Source: Hydrurus foetidus
Lineage: Eukaryota
Assembly: GCA_900617105.1 (NCBI GenBank)
Contig: UYFQ01000138.1
Span: 1 to 64,000, forward strand
Reading direction: 5' to 3'
Length of the DNA stretch: 64,000 nt
Position 1 is the stretch's first letter, and the number at the start of each line of letters is the position of its first letter. Of this stretch, positions 9,943 through 24,900 are shown one piece after another. Under the pieces are notes generated by a model. The model was not told the DNA's origin. It was given only the letters and a program-made list of their open reading frames with translations, and did no database searches. A program made the position numbers and the translations under genes.

Positions 9943-12900
9943 TTATTGACTCTCTCTCCGTCTTTTTGGTTTTAAGATACATTGTTTCAGGCAAACTAAG
10001 TAACATGCAGCGATTAAACCAACCGCTCCTACAACAGTTCCGATGATTAAGTAATCAGTGGATTTTGAATTTGTCAACGGACTACGAATCCCAAACGGAA
10101 TATTCTCGGCAGCAATAGGTGGTGACGTTCTTAGTGATGATGGCAATGATGTGGGTTGTAGCACAGGCGAACCAGAGGGGAAAGATGTTGGCCGACCAGT
10201 CGGTTGGGATGGTTCGACAGTAGGAGAGAAGGAGGGAACACTAGCTGGATTCTCAGATGGTGTTTCCGTTCGTTTTGATGTGGGTTGGCTGCTGGGTTGG
10301 CTAGGTTGGGAAGTGGGCTGCGAGGTAGGCTGTGCGGTGGGGCGAGAAGTCGGCTGTCCGCTAGGTTGAGAACTTGGAAAGGGAGTAGGCCTCTCTGATG
10401 GAGGTAAGGTGGGGAATGGAATAGGTCGAAAGGACGGTACAACGGATGGCTGGCCACTCGGCTGACTGCTAGGCACACCACTTGGTAGAGATGATGGCTG
10501 GCCAGTTGGCTGACCGCTGGGCTGACTCGACGGTGGGGGTAACGGAGAACTCGTCGGCTGTCCTGTAGGTTGGCCGCTAGGCAAGCCAGTAGGCAGAATG
10601 GTTGGAGTAAATGTAGGCTCAAGGGATGGAGCTGATGTAGGCTGCAAAGATGGAGCTGGTGTAGGCTCGAAAGATGGAGCTGACGTAGGCTGCAAAGATG
10701 GAGCTGCTGTAGGCTCGAAAGTAGGCTCGAAAGATGGAGCTGACGTAGGTTGTGAAGTTGGAGCTGGTGTAGGCTCGAAAGATGGAGCTGATGTGGGCTC
10801 AAAAGATGGAGCTGATGTAGGCTGCAAAGATGGAGCTGACGTTGGCTGCAAAGATGGAGCTGATGTAGGCTCGAAAGATGGAGCAAATGTAGGCTGCAAA
10901 GATGGAGCTGACGTAGGCTCGAAAGATGGAGCTGACGTAGGCTGCAAAGATGGAGCTGACGTAGGCTGCAAAGATGGAGCTGACGTTGGCTCAAAGGTAG
11001 GCTCGAAAGATGGAGCTGATGTGGGCTCGAAAGATGGAGCTGATGTAGGCTCGAAAGATGGAGCTGATGTAGGCTCGAAAGATGGAGCTGACGTTGGCTC
11101 GAAAGATGGAGCTGACGTAGGCTGCAAAGATGGAGCTGCTGTAGGCTCGAAAGATGGAGCTGACGAAGGCTGCAAAGATGGAGCTGCTGTAGGCTCGAAA
11201 GTAGGCTCGAAAGATGGAGCTGATGTAGGCTCGAAAGATGGAGCTGATGTAGGCTCGAAAGATGGAGCTGATGTAGGCTGCAAAGATGGAGCTGACGTGG
11301 GCTCAAAAGATGGAGCTGATGTAGGCTGCAAAGATGGAGCTGACGTTGGCTGCAAAGATGGAGCTGATGTGGGCTCGAAAGATGGAGCTGATGTAGGCTG
11401 CAAAGATGGAGCTGACGTAGGCTCGAAAGATGGAGCTGATGTAGGCTCGAAAGATGGAGCTGATGTAGGCTCGAAAGATGGAGCTGACGTAGGCTCGAAA
11501 GATGGGGTTGACGTAGGCTCGAAAGATGGAGCTGACGTAGGCTGCAAAGATGGAGCTGCTGTAGGCTCGAAAGTAGGCTCGAAAGATGGAGCTGACGTAG
11601 GCTGCAAAGATGGAGCTGACGTAGGCTCGAAAGTAGGCTCGAAAGATGGAGCTGACGTAGGCTCGAAAGATGGAGCTGACGTAGGCTTGCAAGATGGAGC
11701 TGACGTAGGCTCGAAAGATGGAGTTGATGTGGGCTCAAAAGATGGAGCTGACGTAGGCTCGAAAGTAGGCTCGAAAGATGGAGCTGACGTAGGCACGAAA
11801 GATGGAGCTGACGTAGGCTCGAAAGATGGAGCTGACGAAGGCTGCAAAGATGGAGCTGACGTAGGCTCGAAAGATGGAGCTGATGTAGGCTCGAAAGATG
11901 GAGCTGACGTAGGCTCGAAAGATGGAGCTGATGTAGGCTCGAAAGATGGAGCTGACGTAGGCTCGAAAGATGGAGCTGATGTAGGCTGCAAAGATGGAGC
12001 TGACGTAGGCACGAAAGATGGAGCTGATGTGGGCTCGAAAGTAGGCTCGAAAGATGGAGCTGACGAAGGCTGCAAAGATGGAGCTGCTGTAGGCTCGAAA
12101 GATGGAGCTGACGTGGGCTCGAAAGATGGAGCTGATGTAGGCACGAAAGATGGAGCTGATGTAGGCTGCAAAGATGGAGCTGACGTTGGCTGCAAAGATG
12201 GAGCTGATGTAGGCTCGAAAGATGGGGTTGATGTAGGCTCGAAAGATGGAGCTGACGTAGGCTCGAAAGATGGAGCTGATGTGGGCTCGAAAGTAGGCTC
12301 GAAAGATGGAGCTGACGAAGGCTGCAAAGATGGAGCTGCTGTAGGCTCGAAAGATGGAGCTGACGTGGGCTCGAAAGATGGAGCTGATGTAGGCACGAAA
12401 GATGGAGCTGATGTAGGCTGCAAAGATGGAGCTGACGTTGGCTGCAAAGATGGAGCTGATGTAGGCTCGAAAGATGGGGCTGATGTAGGCTCGAAAGATG
12501 GAGCTGACGTAGGCTCGAAAGATGGAGCTGATGTAGGCTCGAAAGATGGAGCTGACGTGGGCTCAAAAGATGGAGCTGACGTAGGCTCGAAAGATGGAGC
12601 TGACGTAGGCTCGAAAGATGGAGCTGACGTAGGCTCGAAAGATGGAGCTGACGTAGGCTGCAAAGATGGAGCTGACGTAGGCTCGAAAGATGGAGCTGAT
12701 GTAGGCTCGAAAGATGGAGCTGACGTAGGCTCGAAAGTTGGAGCTGATGTAGGCTCGAAAGATGGAGCTGACGTAGGCTCGAAAGATGGAGCTGATGTAG
12801 GCTGCAAAGATGGAGCTGACGTAGGCACGAAAGATGGAGCTGATGTAGGCTCGAAAGATGGAGCTGGTGTAGGCTCGAAAGATGGAGCTGACGTAGGCTC

Positions 12901-15900
12901 GAAAGATGGAGCTGATGTGGGCTCGAAAGTAGGCTCGAAAGATGGAGCTGACGAAGGCTGCAAAGATGGAGCTGATGTAGGCTCGAAAGATGGAGCTGAC
13001 GTGGGCTCGAAAGATGGAGCTGATGTAGGCACGAAAGATGGAGCTGACGTGGGCTCGAAAGATGGAGCTGATGTAGGCACGAAAGATGGAGCTGATGTAG
13101 GCTGCAAAGATGGAGCTGACGTTGGCTGCAAAGATGGAGCTGATGTAGGCTCGAAAGATGGGGTTGATGTAGGCTCGAAAGATGGAGCTGACGTAGGCTC
13201 GAAAGATGGAGCTGATGTAGGCTCGAAAGATGGAGTTGATGTAGGCTGCAAAGATGGAGCTGACGTTGGCTGCAAAGATGGAGCTGATGTAGGCTCGAAA
13301 GATGGAGCTGATGTAGGCACGAAAGATGGAGCTGATGTAGGCTCGAAAGATGGAGCTGACGTAGGCTCGAAAGATGGAGCTGACGTAGGCTCGAAAGATG
13401 GAGCTGACGTAGGCTCGAAAGATGGAGCTGACGTAGGCTGAAAGATGGAGCTGACGTAGGCTCGAAAGATGGAGCTGACGTAGGCTCGAAAGATGGAGCT
13501 GACGTAGGCTCGAAAGATGGAGCTGATGTAGGCTCGAAAGATGGAGCTGATGTAGGCTCGAAAGATGGAGCTGATGTAGGCTCGAAAGATGGAGCTGACG
13601 TAGGCTCGAAAGATGGAGCTGATGTAGGCTCGAAAGATGGAGCTGATGTAGGCTCGAAAGATGGGGCTGACGTAGGCTCAAAAGATGGAGCTGATGTAGG
13701 CTCGAAAGATGGAGCTGACGTAGGCTCGAAAGATGGAGCTGACGAAGGCTGCAAAGATGGAGCTGACGTGGGCACGAAAGATGGAGCTGATGTAGGCTCG
13801 AAAGATGGGGTTGATGTAGGCACGAAAGATGGAGCTGACGTAGGCTCGAAAGATGGGGCTGACGTAGGCTGCAAAGATGGAGCTGACGTTGGCTCGAAAG
13901 ATGGAGCTGATGTAGGCTCGAAAGATGGAGCTGACGTAGGCGAGACAGTTGGACTAGCTGTAGGTGCGACTGTTGGCGCCGATGTAGGCGAGACAGTCGG
14001 ACTAGCTGTAGGCATGGAAGTTGGCGCCGATGTAGGCGAGACAGTCGGACTAGCGGTAGGCTCGGCAGTCGGACTTGCGGTAGGTGCGACCGTTGGAGAC
14101 ACTGTAGGCGAGACAGTCGGACTAGCGGTAGGCACGGCCGTTGGCGCCGATGTAGGCGAGACAGTCGGACTAGCGGTAGGCACGGCCGTTGGCGCCGATG
14201 TAGGCGAGACAGTCGGACTAGCGGTAGGCTCGGCAGTCGGACTTGCGGTAGGTGAGACCGTTGGAGACACTGTAGGCGAGACAGTCGGACTAGCGGTAGG
14301 CTCGGCAGTCGGACTTGCGGTAGGTGCGACCGTTGGAGACACTGTAGGCGAGACAGTCGGACTAGCGGTAGGCACGGCCGTTGGCGCCGATGTAGGCGAG
14401 ACAGTCGGACTAGCGGTAGGCACGGCCGTTGGCGCCGATGTAGGCGAGACAGTCGGACTAGCGGTAGGCTCGGCAGTCGGACTTGCGGTAGGTGAGACCG
14501 TTGGAGACACTGTAGGCGAGACAGTCGGACTAGCGGTAGGCACGGCCGTTGGCGCCGATGTAGGCGAGACAGTCGGACTAGCGGTTGGTGAGACCGTTGG
14601 AGACACTGTAGGCGAGACAGTCGGACTAGCGGTAGGCACGGCCGTTGGCGCCGATGTAGGCGAGACAGTCGGACTAGCGGTAGGCTCGGCAGTCGGACTT
14701 GCGGTAGGTGAGACCGTTGGAGACACTGTAGGCGAGACAGTCGGACTAGCGGTAGGCACGGCCGTTGGCGCCGATGTAGGCGAGACAGTCGGACTAGCGG
14801 TAGGCACGGCCGTTGGCGCCGATGTAGGCGAGACAGTCGGACTAGCGGTAGGCTCGGCAGTCGGACTTGCGGTAGGTGAGACCGTTGGAGACACTGTAGG
14901 CGAGACAGTCGGACTAGCGGTAGGCACGGCCGTTGGCGCCGATGTAGGCGAGACAGTCGGACTAGCTGTAGGTGCGGCCGTTGGCGCCGATGTAGGCGAG
15001 ACAGTCGGACTAGCGGTAGGCACGGCCGTTGGCGCCGATGTAGGCGAGACAGTCGGACTAGCGGTAGGCTCGGCCGTTGGCGCCGATGTAGGCGAGACAG
15101 TCGGACTAGCGGTAGGCTCGGCAGTCGGACTAGCGGTAGGCACGGCCGTTGGCGCCGATGTAGGCGAGACAGTCGGACTAGCGGTAGGCACGGCCGTTGG
15201 CGCCGATGTAGGCGAGACAGTCGGACTAGCTGTAGGCTCGGCAGTCGGACTTGCGGTAGGTGCGACCGTTGGAGACACTGTAGGCGAGACAGTCGGACTA
15301 GCGGTAGGCACGGCCGTTGGCGCCGATGTAGGCGAGACAGTCGGACTAGCTGTAGGCTCGGCAGTCGGACTTGCGGTAGGTGCGACCGTTGGAGACACTG
15401 TAGGCGAGACAGTCGGACTAGCGGTAGGCGGCCGTTGGCGCCGATGTAGGCGAGACAGTCGGACTAGCGGTAGGCACGGCCGTTGGCGCCGATGTAGGCG
15501 AGACAGTCGGACTAGCGGTAGGCTCGGCAGTCGGACTTGCGGTAGGTGAGACCGTTGGAGACACTGTAGGCGAGACAGTCGGACTAGCGGTAGGCACGGC
15601 CGTTGGCGCCGATGTAGGCGAGACAGTCGGACTAGCGGTTGGCACGGCCGTTGGCGCCGATGTAGGCGAGACAGTCGGACTAGCTGTAGGCTCGGCAGTC
15701 GGACTTGCGGTAGGTGCGACCGTTGGAGACACTGTAGGCGAGACAGTCGGACTAGCGGTAGGCACGGCCGTTGGCGCCGATGTAGGCGAGACAGTCGGAC
15801 TAGCTGTAGGCTCGGCAGTCGGACTTGCGGTAGGTGAGACCGTTGGAGACACTGTAGGCGAGACAGTCGGACTAGCGGTAGGCACGGCCGTTGGCGCCGA

Positions 15901-18900
15901 TGTAGGCGAGACAGTCGGACTAGCGGTAGGCTCGGCAGTCGGACTTGCGGTAGGTGCGACCGTTGGAGACACTGTAGGCGAGACAGTCGGACTAGTTGTA
16001 GGCTCGGCAGTCGGACTAGCGGTAGGCACGGCCGTTGGCGCCGATGTAGGCGAGACAGTCGGACTAGCGGTTGGCACGGCCGACGGCGACGATGTGGGCG
16101 AGACAGTCGGACTTGCGGTAGGTGCGACCGTTGGCGCCGATGTAGGCGAGACAGTCGGACTAGCGGTAGGCACGGCCGTTGGCGCCGATGTAGGCGAGAC
16201 AGTCGGACTAGCTGTAGGCTCGGCAGTCGGACTTGCGGTAGGTGCGACCGTTGGAGACACTGTAGGCGAGACAGTCGGACTAGCGGTAGGCACGGCCGTT
16301 GGCGCCGATGTAGGCGAGACAGTCGGACTAGCTGTAGGCTCGGCAGTCGGACTTGCGGTAGGCTCGGCAGTCGGACTTGCGGTTGGTGAGACCGTTGGAG
16401 ACACTGTAGGCGAGACAGTCGGACTAGCGGTAGGCACGGCCGTTGGCGCCGATGTAGGCGAGACAGTCGGACTAGCTGTAGGCTCGGCAGTCGGACTTGC
16501 GGTAGGTGCGACCGTTGGAGACACTGTAGGCGAGACAGTCGGACTAGCGGTAGGCACGGCCGTTGGCGCCGATGTAGGCGAGACAGTCGGACTAGCGGTA
16601 GGTGCGACCGTTGGAGACACTGTAGGCGAGACAGTCGGACTAGCGGTAGGCACGGCCGTTGGCGCCGATGTAGGCGAGACAGTCGGACTAGCTGTAGGCT
16701 CGGCAGTCGGACTTGCGGTAGGTGCGACCGTTGGAGACACTGTAGGCGAGACAGTCGGACTAGCGGTAGGCACGGCCGTTGGCGCCGATGTAGGCGAGAC
16801 AGTCGGACTAGCGTAGGCTCGGCAGTCGGACTTGCGGTAGGTGCGACCGTTGGAGACACTGTAGGCGAGACAGTCGGACTAGCGGTAGGCACGGCCGTTG
16901 GCGCCGATGTAGGCGAGACAGTCGGACTAGCGTAGGCTCGGCAGTCGGACTTGCGGTAGGTGCGACCGTTGGAGACACTGTAGGCGAGACAGTCGGACTA
17001 GCGGTAGGCACGGCCGTTGGCGCCGATGTAGGCGAGACAGTCGGACTAGCGGTAGGTGCGACCGTTGGAGACACTGTAGGCGAGACAGTCGGACTAGCGG
17101 TAGGCACGGCCGTTGGCGCCGATGTAGGCGAGACAGTCGGACTAGCGGTAGGCTCGGCAGTCGGACTTGCGGTAGGTGCGACCGTTGGAGACACTGTAGG
17201 CGAGACAGTCGGACTAGCGGTAGGCACGGCCGTTGGCGCCGATGTAGGCGAGACAGTCGGACTAGCGGTAGGCTCGGCAGTAGGACTAGCGGTAGGTGCG
17301 ACCGTTGGAGACACTGTAGGCGAGACAGTCGGACTAGCGGTAGGCACGGCCGTTGGCGCCGATGTAGGCGAGACAGTCGGACTAGCGGTAGGCTCGGCAG
17401 TCGGACTTGCGGTAGGTGAGACCGTTGGAGACACTGTAGGCGAGACAGTCGGACTAGCGGTAGGCACGGCCGTTGGCGCCGATGTAGGCGAGACAGTCGG
17501 ACTAGCGGTAGGCACGGCCGATGGCGCCGATGTAGGCGAGACAGTCGGACTAGCGGTAGGCGCGACCGTTGGAGACACTGTAGGCGAGACAGTCGGACTA
17601 GCGGTAGGCACGGCCGTTGGCGCCGATGTAGGCGAGACAGTCGGACTAGCTGTAGGTGCGACCGTTGGAGACACTGTAGGCGAGACAGTCGGACTAGCGG
17701 TAGGCACGGCCGTTGGCGCCGATGTAGGCGAGACAGTCGGACTAGCGGTAGGCTCGGCAGTCGGACTTGCGGTAGGTGCGACCGTTGGAGACACTGTAGG
17801 CGAGACAGTCGGACTAGCGGTAGGCACGGCCGTTGGCGCCGATGTAGGCGAGACAGTCGGACTAGCGGTTGGCACGGCCGTTGGCGCCGATGTAGGCGAG
17901 ACAGTCGGACTAGCGGTAGGCTCGGCAGTCGGACTTGCGGTAGGTGAGACCGTTGGAGACACTGTAGGCGAGACAGTCGGACTAGCGGTAGGCACGGCCG
18001 TTGGCGCCGATGTAGGCGAGACAGTCGGACTAGCTGTAGGCTCGGCAGTCGGACTTGCGGTAGGTGCGACCGTTGGAGACACTGTAGGCGAGACAGTCGG
18101 ACTAGCGGTAGGCACGGCCGTTGGCGCCGATGTAGGCGAGACAGTCGGACTAGCTGTAGGCTCGGCAGTCGGACTTGCGGTAGGTGCGACCGTTGGAGAC
18201 ACTGTAGGCGAGACAGTCGGACTAGCGGTAGGCACGGCCGTTGGCGACATGTAGGCGAGACAGTCGGACTAGCGGTAGGCACGGCCGTTGGCGCCGATGT
18301 AGGCGAGACAGTCGGACTAGCGGTAGGCTCGGCAGTCGGACTTGCGGTAGGTGAGACCGTTGGAGACACTGTAGGCGAGACAGTCGGACTAGCGGTAGGC
18401 TCGGCAGTCGGACTTGCGGTAGGTGCGACCGTTGGAGACACTGTAGGCGAGACAGTCGGACTAGCGGTAGGTGCGACCGTTGGAGACACTGTAGGCGAGA
18501 CAGTCGGACTAGCGGTAGGCACGGCCGTTGGCGCCGATGTAGGCGAGACAGTCGGACTAGCGGTAGGCTCGGCAGTCGGACTTGCGGTAGGTGAGACCGT
18601 TGGAGACACTGTAGGCGAGACAGTCGGACTAGCGGTAGGCACGGCCGTTGGCGCCGATGTAGGCGAGACAGTCGGACTAGCGGTAGGTGCGACCGTTGGA
18701 GACACTGTAGGCGAGACAGTCGGACTAGCGGTAGGCACGGCCGTTGGCGCCGATGTAGGCGAGACAGTCGGACTAGCGGTAGGCTCGGCAGTCGGACTTG
18801 CGGTAGGTGAGACCGTTGGAGACACTGTAGGCGAGACAGTCGGACTTGCGGTAGGTGCGACCGTTGGAGACACTGTAGGCGAGACAGTCGGACTAGCGGT

Positions 18901-21900
18901 TGGCACGGCCGTTGGCGCCGATGTAGGCGAGACAGTCGGACTAGCGGTAGGTGCGACCGTTGGAGACACTGTAGGCGAGACAGTCGGACTAGCGGTAGGC
19001 ACGGCCGTTGGCGCCGATGTAGGCGAGACAGTCGGACTAGCGGTAGGCTCGGCAGTCGGACTTGCGGTAGGTGAGACCGTTGGAGACACTGTAGGCGAGA
19101 CAGTCGGACTAGCGGTAGGCACGGCCGTTGGCGCCGATGTAGGCGAGACAGTCGGACTAGCGGTAGGCACGGCCGTTGGCGCCGATGTAGGCGAGACAGT
19201 CGGACTTGCGGTAGGTGCGACCGTTGGAGACACTGTAGGCGAGACAGTCGGACTAGCGGTAGGCACGGCCGTTGGCGCCGATGTAGGCGAGACAGTCGGA
19301 CTTGCGGTAGGTGCGACCGTTGGAGACACTGTAGGCGAGACAGTCGGACTAGCGGTAGGCACGGCCGTTGGCGCCGATGTAGGCGAGACAGTCGGACTAG
19401 CGGTAGGTACGACCGTTGGAGACACTGTAGGCGAGACAGTCGGACTAGCGGTAGGCACGGCCGTTGGCGCCGATGTAGGCGAGACAGTCGGACTAGCGGT
19501 AGGCTCGGCAGTCGGCGCGGTAGGAGACCGTGGGACACTGTAGGCGAGACAGTCGGACTAGCGGTAGGCACGGCCGTTGGCGCCGATGTAGGCGAGACAG
19601 TCGGACTAGCGGTTGGCACGGCCGATGGCGCCGATGTAGGCGAGACAGTCGGACTTGCGGTAGGTGCGACCGTTGGAGACACTGTAGGCGAGACAGTCGG
19701 ACTAGCGGTAGGCACGGCCGTCGGACTCGCTGTAGGCTCGGCAGTCGGACTTGCGGTAGGTGCGACCGTTGGAGACACTGTAGGCGAGACAGTCGGACTA
19801 GCGGTAGGCACGGCCGTTGGCGCCGATGTAGGCGAGACAGTCGGACTAGCGGTAGGCTCGGCAGTCGGACTTGCGGTAGGTGCGACCGTTGGAGACACTG
19901 TAGGCGAGACAGTCGGACTAGCGGTAGGCACGGCCGTTGGCGCCGATGTAGGCGAGACAGTCGGACTAGCTGTAGGTGCGACCGTTGGAGACACTGTAGG
20001 CGAGACAGTCGGACTAGCGGTAGGCACGGCCGTTGGCGCCGATGTAGGCGAGACAGTCGGACTAGCTGTAGGCTCGGCAGTCGGACTTGCGGTAGGTGAG
20101 ACCGTTGGAGACACTGTAGGCGAGACAGTCGGACTAGCGGTAGGCACGGCCGTTGGCGCCGATGTAGGCGAGACAGTCGGACTAGCGGTTGGCACGGCCG
20201 ATGGCGCCGATGTAGGCGAGACAGTCGGACTTGCGGTAGGTGCGACCGTTGGAGACACTGTAGGCGAGACAGTCGGACTAGCGGTAGGCACGGCCGTTGG
20301 CGCCGATGTAGGCGAGACAGTCGGACTAGCGGTAGGCTCGGCAGTCGGACTTGCGGTAGGTGAGACCGTTGGAGACACTGTAGGCGAGACAGTCGGACTA
20401 GCGGTAGGCACGGCCGTTGGCGCCGATGTAGGCGAGACAGTCGGACTAGCGGTAGGCTCGGCAGTCGGACTTGCGGTAGGTGCGACCGTTGGAGACACTG
20501 TAGGCGAGACAGTCGGACTAGCGGTAGGCACGGCCGTTGGCGACGATGTAGGCGAGACAGTCGGACTAGCTGTAGTGCTCGGCAGTCGGACCTGCGGTAG
20601 GTGCGACCGTTGGAGACACTGTAGGCGAGACAGTCGGACTAGCGGCACGGCCGTTGGCGCCGATGTAGGCGAGACAGTCGGACTAGCGGTAGGCTCGGCA
20701 GTCGGACTTGCGGTAGGTGAGACCGTTGGAGACACTGTAGGCGAGACAGTCGGACTAGCGGTAGGCACGGCCGTTGGCGCCGATGTAGGCGAGACAGTCG
20801 GACTAGCGGTAGGCTCGGCAGTCGGACTTGCGGTAGGTGCGACCGTTGGAGACACTGTAGGCGAGACAGTCGGACTAGCGGTAGGTGCGACCGTTGGAGA
20901 CACTGTAGGCGAGACAGTCGGACTAGCGGTAGGCACGGCCGTTGGCGCCGATGTAGGCGAGACAGTCGGACTAGCGGTAGGCTCGGCAGTCGGACTTGCG
21001 GTAGGTGCGACCGTTGGAGACACTGTAGGCGAGACAGTCGGACTAGCGGTAGGCACGGCCGTTGGCGCCGATGTAGGCGAGACAGTCGGACTAGCTGTAG
21101 GCTCGGCAGTCGGACTTGCGGTAGGTGCGACCGTTGGAGACACTGTAGGCGAGACAGTCGGACTAGCGGTAGGCACGGCCGTTGGCGCCGATGTAGGCGA
21201 GACAGTCGGACTAGCTGTAGGCCCGGCAGTCGGATCCTTGCGGTAGGCGAGACCGTTGGAGACACTGTAGGCGAGACAGTCGGACTAGCGGTAGGCACGG
21301 CCGTTGGCGCCGATGTAGGCGAGACAGTCGGACTAGCGGTAGGCACGGCCGTTGGCGCCGATGTAGGCGAGACAGTCGGACTAGCGGTAGGTGCGACCGT
21401 TGGAGACACTGTAGGCGAGACAGTCGGACTAGCGGTAGGCACGGCCGTTGGCGCCGATGTAGGCGAGACAGTCGGACTAGCGGTAGGCTCGGCAGTCGGA
21501 CTTGCGGTAGGTGCGACCGTTGGAGACACTGTAGGCGAGACAGTCGGACTAGCGGTAGGCACGGCCGTTGGCGCCGATGTAGGCGAGACAGTCGGACTAG
21601 CGGTAGGCTCGGCAGTCGGACTTGCGGTAGGTGCGACCGTTGGAGACACTGTAGGCGAGACAGTCGGACTAGCGGTAGGCACGGCCGTTGGCGCCGATGT
21701 AGGCGAGACAGTCGGACTAGCGGTAGGCTCGGCAGTCGGACTTGCGGTAGGTGCGACCGTTGGAGACACTGTAGGCGAGACAGTCGGACTAGCGGTAGGC
21801 ACGGCCGTTGGCGCCGATGTAGGCGAGACAGTCGGACTAGCTGTAGGCTCGGCAGTCGGACTTGCGGTAGGTGCGACCGTTGGAGACACTGTAGGCGAGA

Positions 21901-24900
21901 CAGTCGGACTAGCGGTAGGCACGGCCGTTGGCGCCGATGTAGGCGAGACAGTCGGACTAGCGGTAGGCTCGGCAGTCGGACTTGCGGTAGGTGCGACCGT
22001 TGGAGACACTGTAGGCGAGACAGTCGGACTAGCGGTAGGCACGGCCGTTGGCGCCGATGTAGGCGAGACAGTCGGACTAGCGGTAGGCTCGGCAGTCGGA
22101 CTTGCGGTAGGTGCGACCGTTGGAGACACTGTAGGCGAGACAGTCGGACTAGCGGTAGGCACGGCCGTTGGCGCCGATGTAGGCGAGACAGTCGGACTAG
22201 CTGTAGGCTCGGCAGTCGGACTTGCGGTAGGTGCGACCGTTGGAGACACTGTAGGCGAGACAGTCGGACTAGCGGTAGGCACGGCCGTTGGCGCCGATGT
22301 AGGCGAGACAGTCGGACTAGCTGTAGGCTCGGCAGTCGGACTTGCGGTAGGTGCGACCGTTGGAGACACTGTAGGCGAGACAGTCGGACTAGCGGTAGGC
22401 ACGGCCGTTGGCGCCGATGTAGGCGAGACAGTCGGACTAGCGGTAGGCTCGGCAGTCGGACTTGCGGTAGGTGCGACCGTTGGAGACACTGTAGGCGAGA
22501 CAGTCGGACTAGCGGTAGGCACGGCCGTTGGCGCCGATGTAGGCGAGACAGTCGGACTAGCGGTAGGCTCGGCAGTCGGACTTGCGGTAGGTGCGACCGT
22601 TGGAGACACTGTAGGCGAGACAGTCGGACTAGCGGTAGGCTCGGCAGTCGGACTAGCGGTAGGCACGGCCGTTGGCGCCGATGTAGGCGAGACAGTCGGA
22701 CTAGCGGTAGGCTCGGCAGTCGGACTTGCGGTAGGTGCGACCGTTGGAGACACTGTAGGCGAGACAGTCGGACTAGCGGTAGGCACGGCCGTTGGCGCCG
22801 ATGTAGGCGAGACAGTCGGACTAGCGGTAGGCTCGGCAGTCGGACTTGCGGTAGGTGCGACCGTTGGAGACACTGTAGGCGAGACAGTCGGACTAGCGGT
22901 AGGCACGGCCGTTGGCGCCGATGTAGGCGAGACAGTCGGACTAGCTGTAGGCACGGCCGTTGGCGCGGTAGGCGAGACAGTCGGAGCTGTAGGCGAGACA
23001 GTCGGACTTGCGGTAGGTGCGACCGTTGGAGACACTGTAGGCGAGACAGTCGGACTAGCGGTAGGCACGGCCGTTGGCGCCGATGTAGGCGAGACAGTCG
23101 GACTAGCGGTAGGCTCGGCAGTCGGACTTGCGGTAGGTGCGACCGTTGGAGACACTGTAGGCGAGACAGTCGGACTAGCGGTAGGCTCGGCAGTCGGACT
23201 TGCGGTAGGTGCGACCGTTGGAGACACTGTAGGCGAGACAGTCGGACTAGCGGTAGGCACGGCCGTTGGCGCCGATGTAGGCGAGACAGTCGGACTAGCT
23301 GTAGGCTCGGCAGTCGGACTTGCGGTAGGTGCGACCGTTGGAGACACTGTAGGCGAGACAGTCGGACTAGCGGTAGGCACGGCCGTTGGCGCCGATGTAG
23401 GCGAGACAGTCGGACTAGCGGTAGGCTCGGCAGTCGGACTAGCGGTAGGTGGCCGTTGGCGCCGATGTAGGCGAGACAGTCGGACTAGCGGTAGGCTCGG
23501 CAGTCGGACTTGCGGTAGGTGCGACCGTTGGAGACACTGTAGGCGAGACAGTCGGACTAGCGGTAGGCACGGCCGTTGGCGCCGATGTAGGCGAGACAGT
23601 CGGACTAGCGGTAGGCTCGGCAGTCGGACTTGCGGTAGGTGCGACCGTTGGAGACACTGTAGGCGAGACAGTCGGACTAGCGGTAGGCACGGCCGTTGGC
23701 GCCGATGTAGGCGAGACAGTCGGACTAGCTGTAGGCTCGGCAGTCGGACTTGCGGTAGGTGCGACCGTTGGAGACACTGTAGGCGAGACAGTCGGACTAG
23801 CGGTAGGCACGGCCGTTGGCGCCGATGTAGGCGAGACAGTCGGACTAGCTGTAGGCTCGGCAGTCGGACTTGCGGTAGGTGCGACCGTTGGAGACACTGT
23901 AGGCGAGACAGTCGGACTAGCGGTAGGCACGGCCGTTGGCGCCGATGTAGGCGAGACAGTCGGACTAGCGGTAGGCTCGGCAGTCGGACTTGCGGTAGGT
24001 GCGACCGTTGGAGACACTGTAGGCGAGACAGTCGGACTAGCGGTAGGCACGGCCGTTGGCGCCGATGTAGGCGAGACAGTCGGACTAGCTGTAGGCTCGG
24101 CAGTCGGACTTGCGGTAGGTGCGACCGTTGGAGACACTGTAGGCGAGACAGTCGGACTAGCGGTAGGCACGGCCGTTGGCGCCGATGTAGGCGAGACAGT
24201 CGGACTAGCTGTAGGCTCGGCAGTCGGACTTGCGGTAGGTGAGACCGTTGGAGACACTGTAGGCGAGACAGTCGGACTAGCGGTAGGCACGGCCGTTGGA
24301 CGCCGATGTAGGCGAGACAGTCGGACTAGCGGTAGGCGAGGCAGTCGGACTTGCGGTAGGTGAGACCGTTGGAGACACTGTAGGCGAGACAGTCGGACTA
24401 GCGGTAGGCACGGCCGTTGGCGCCGATGTAGGCGAGACAGTCGGACTAGCTGTAGGCTCGGCAGTCGGACTTGCGGTAGGTGCGACCGTTGGAGACACTG
24501 TAGGCGAGACAGTCGGACTAGCGGTAGGCACGGCCGTTGGCGCCGATGTAGGCGAGACAGTCGGACTAGCGGTAGGCTCGGCAGTCGGACTTGCGGTAGG
24601 TGCGACCGTTGGAGACACTGTAGGCGAGACAGTCGGACTAGCGGTAGGCACGGCCGTTGGCGCCGATGTAGGCGAGACAGTCGGACTAGCGGTAGGCTCG
24701 GCAGTCGGACTTGCGGTAGGTGCGACCGTTGGAGACACTGTAGGCGAGACAGTCGGACTAGCGGTAGGCACGGCCGTTGGCACCGATGTAGGCGAGACAG
24801 TCGGACTAGCGGTAGGCTCGGCAGTCGGACTTGCGGTAGGTGCGACCGTTGGAGACACTGTAGGCGAGACAGTCGGACTAGCGGTAGGCACGGCCGTTGG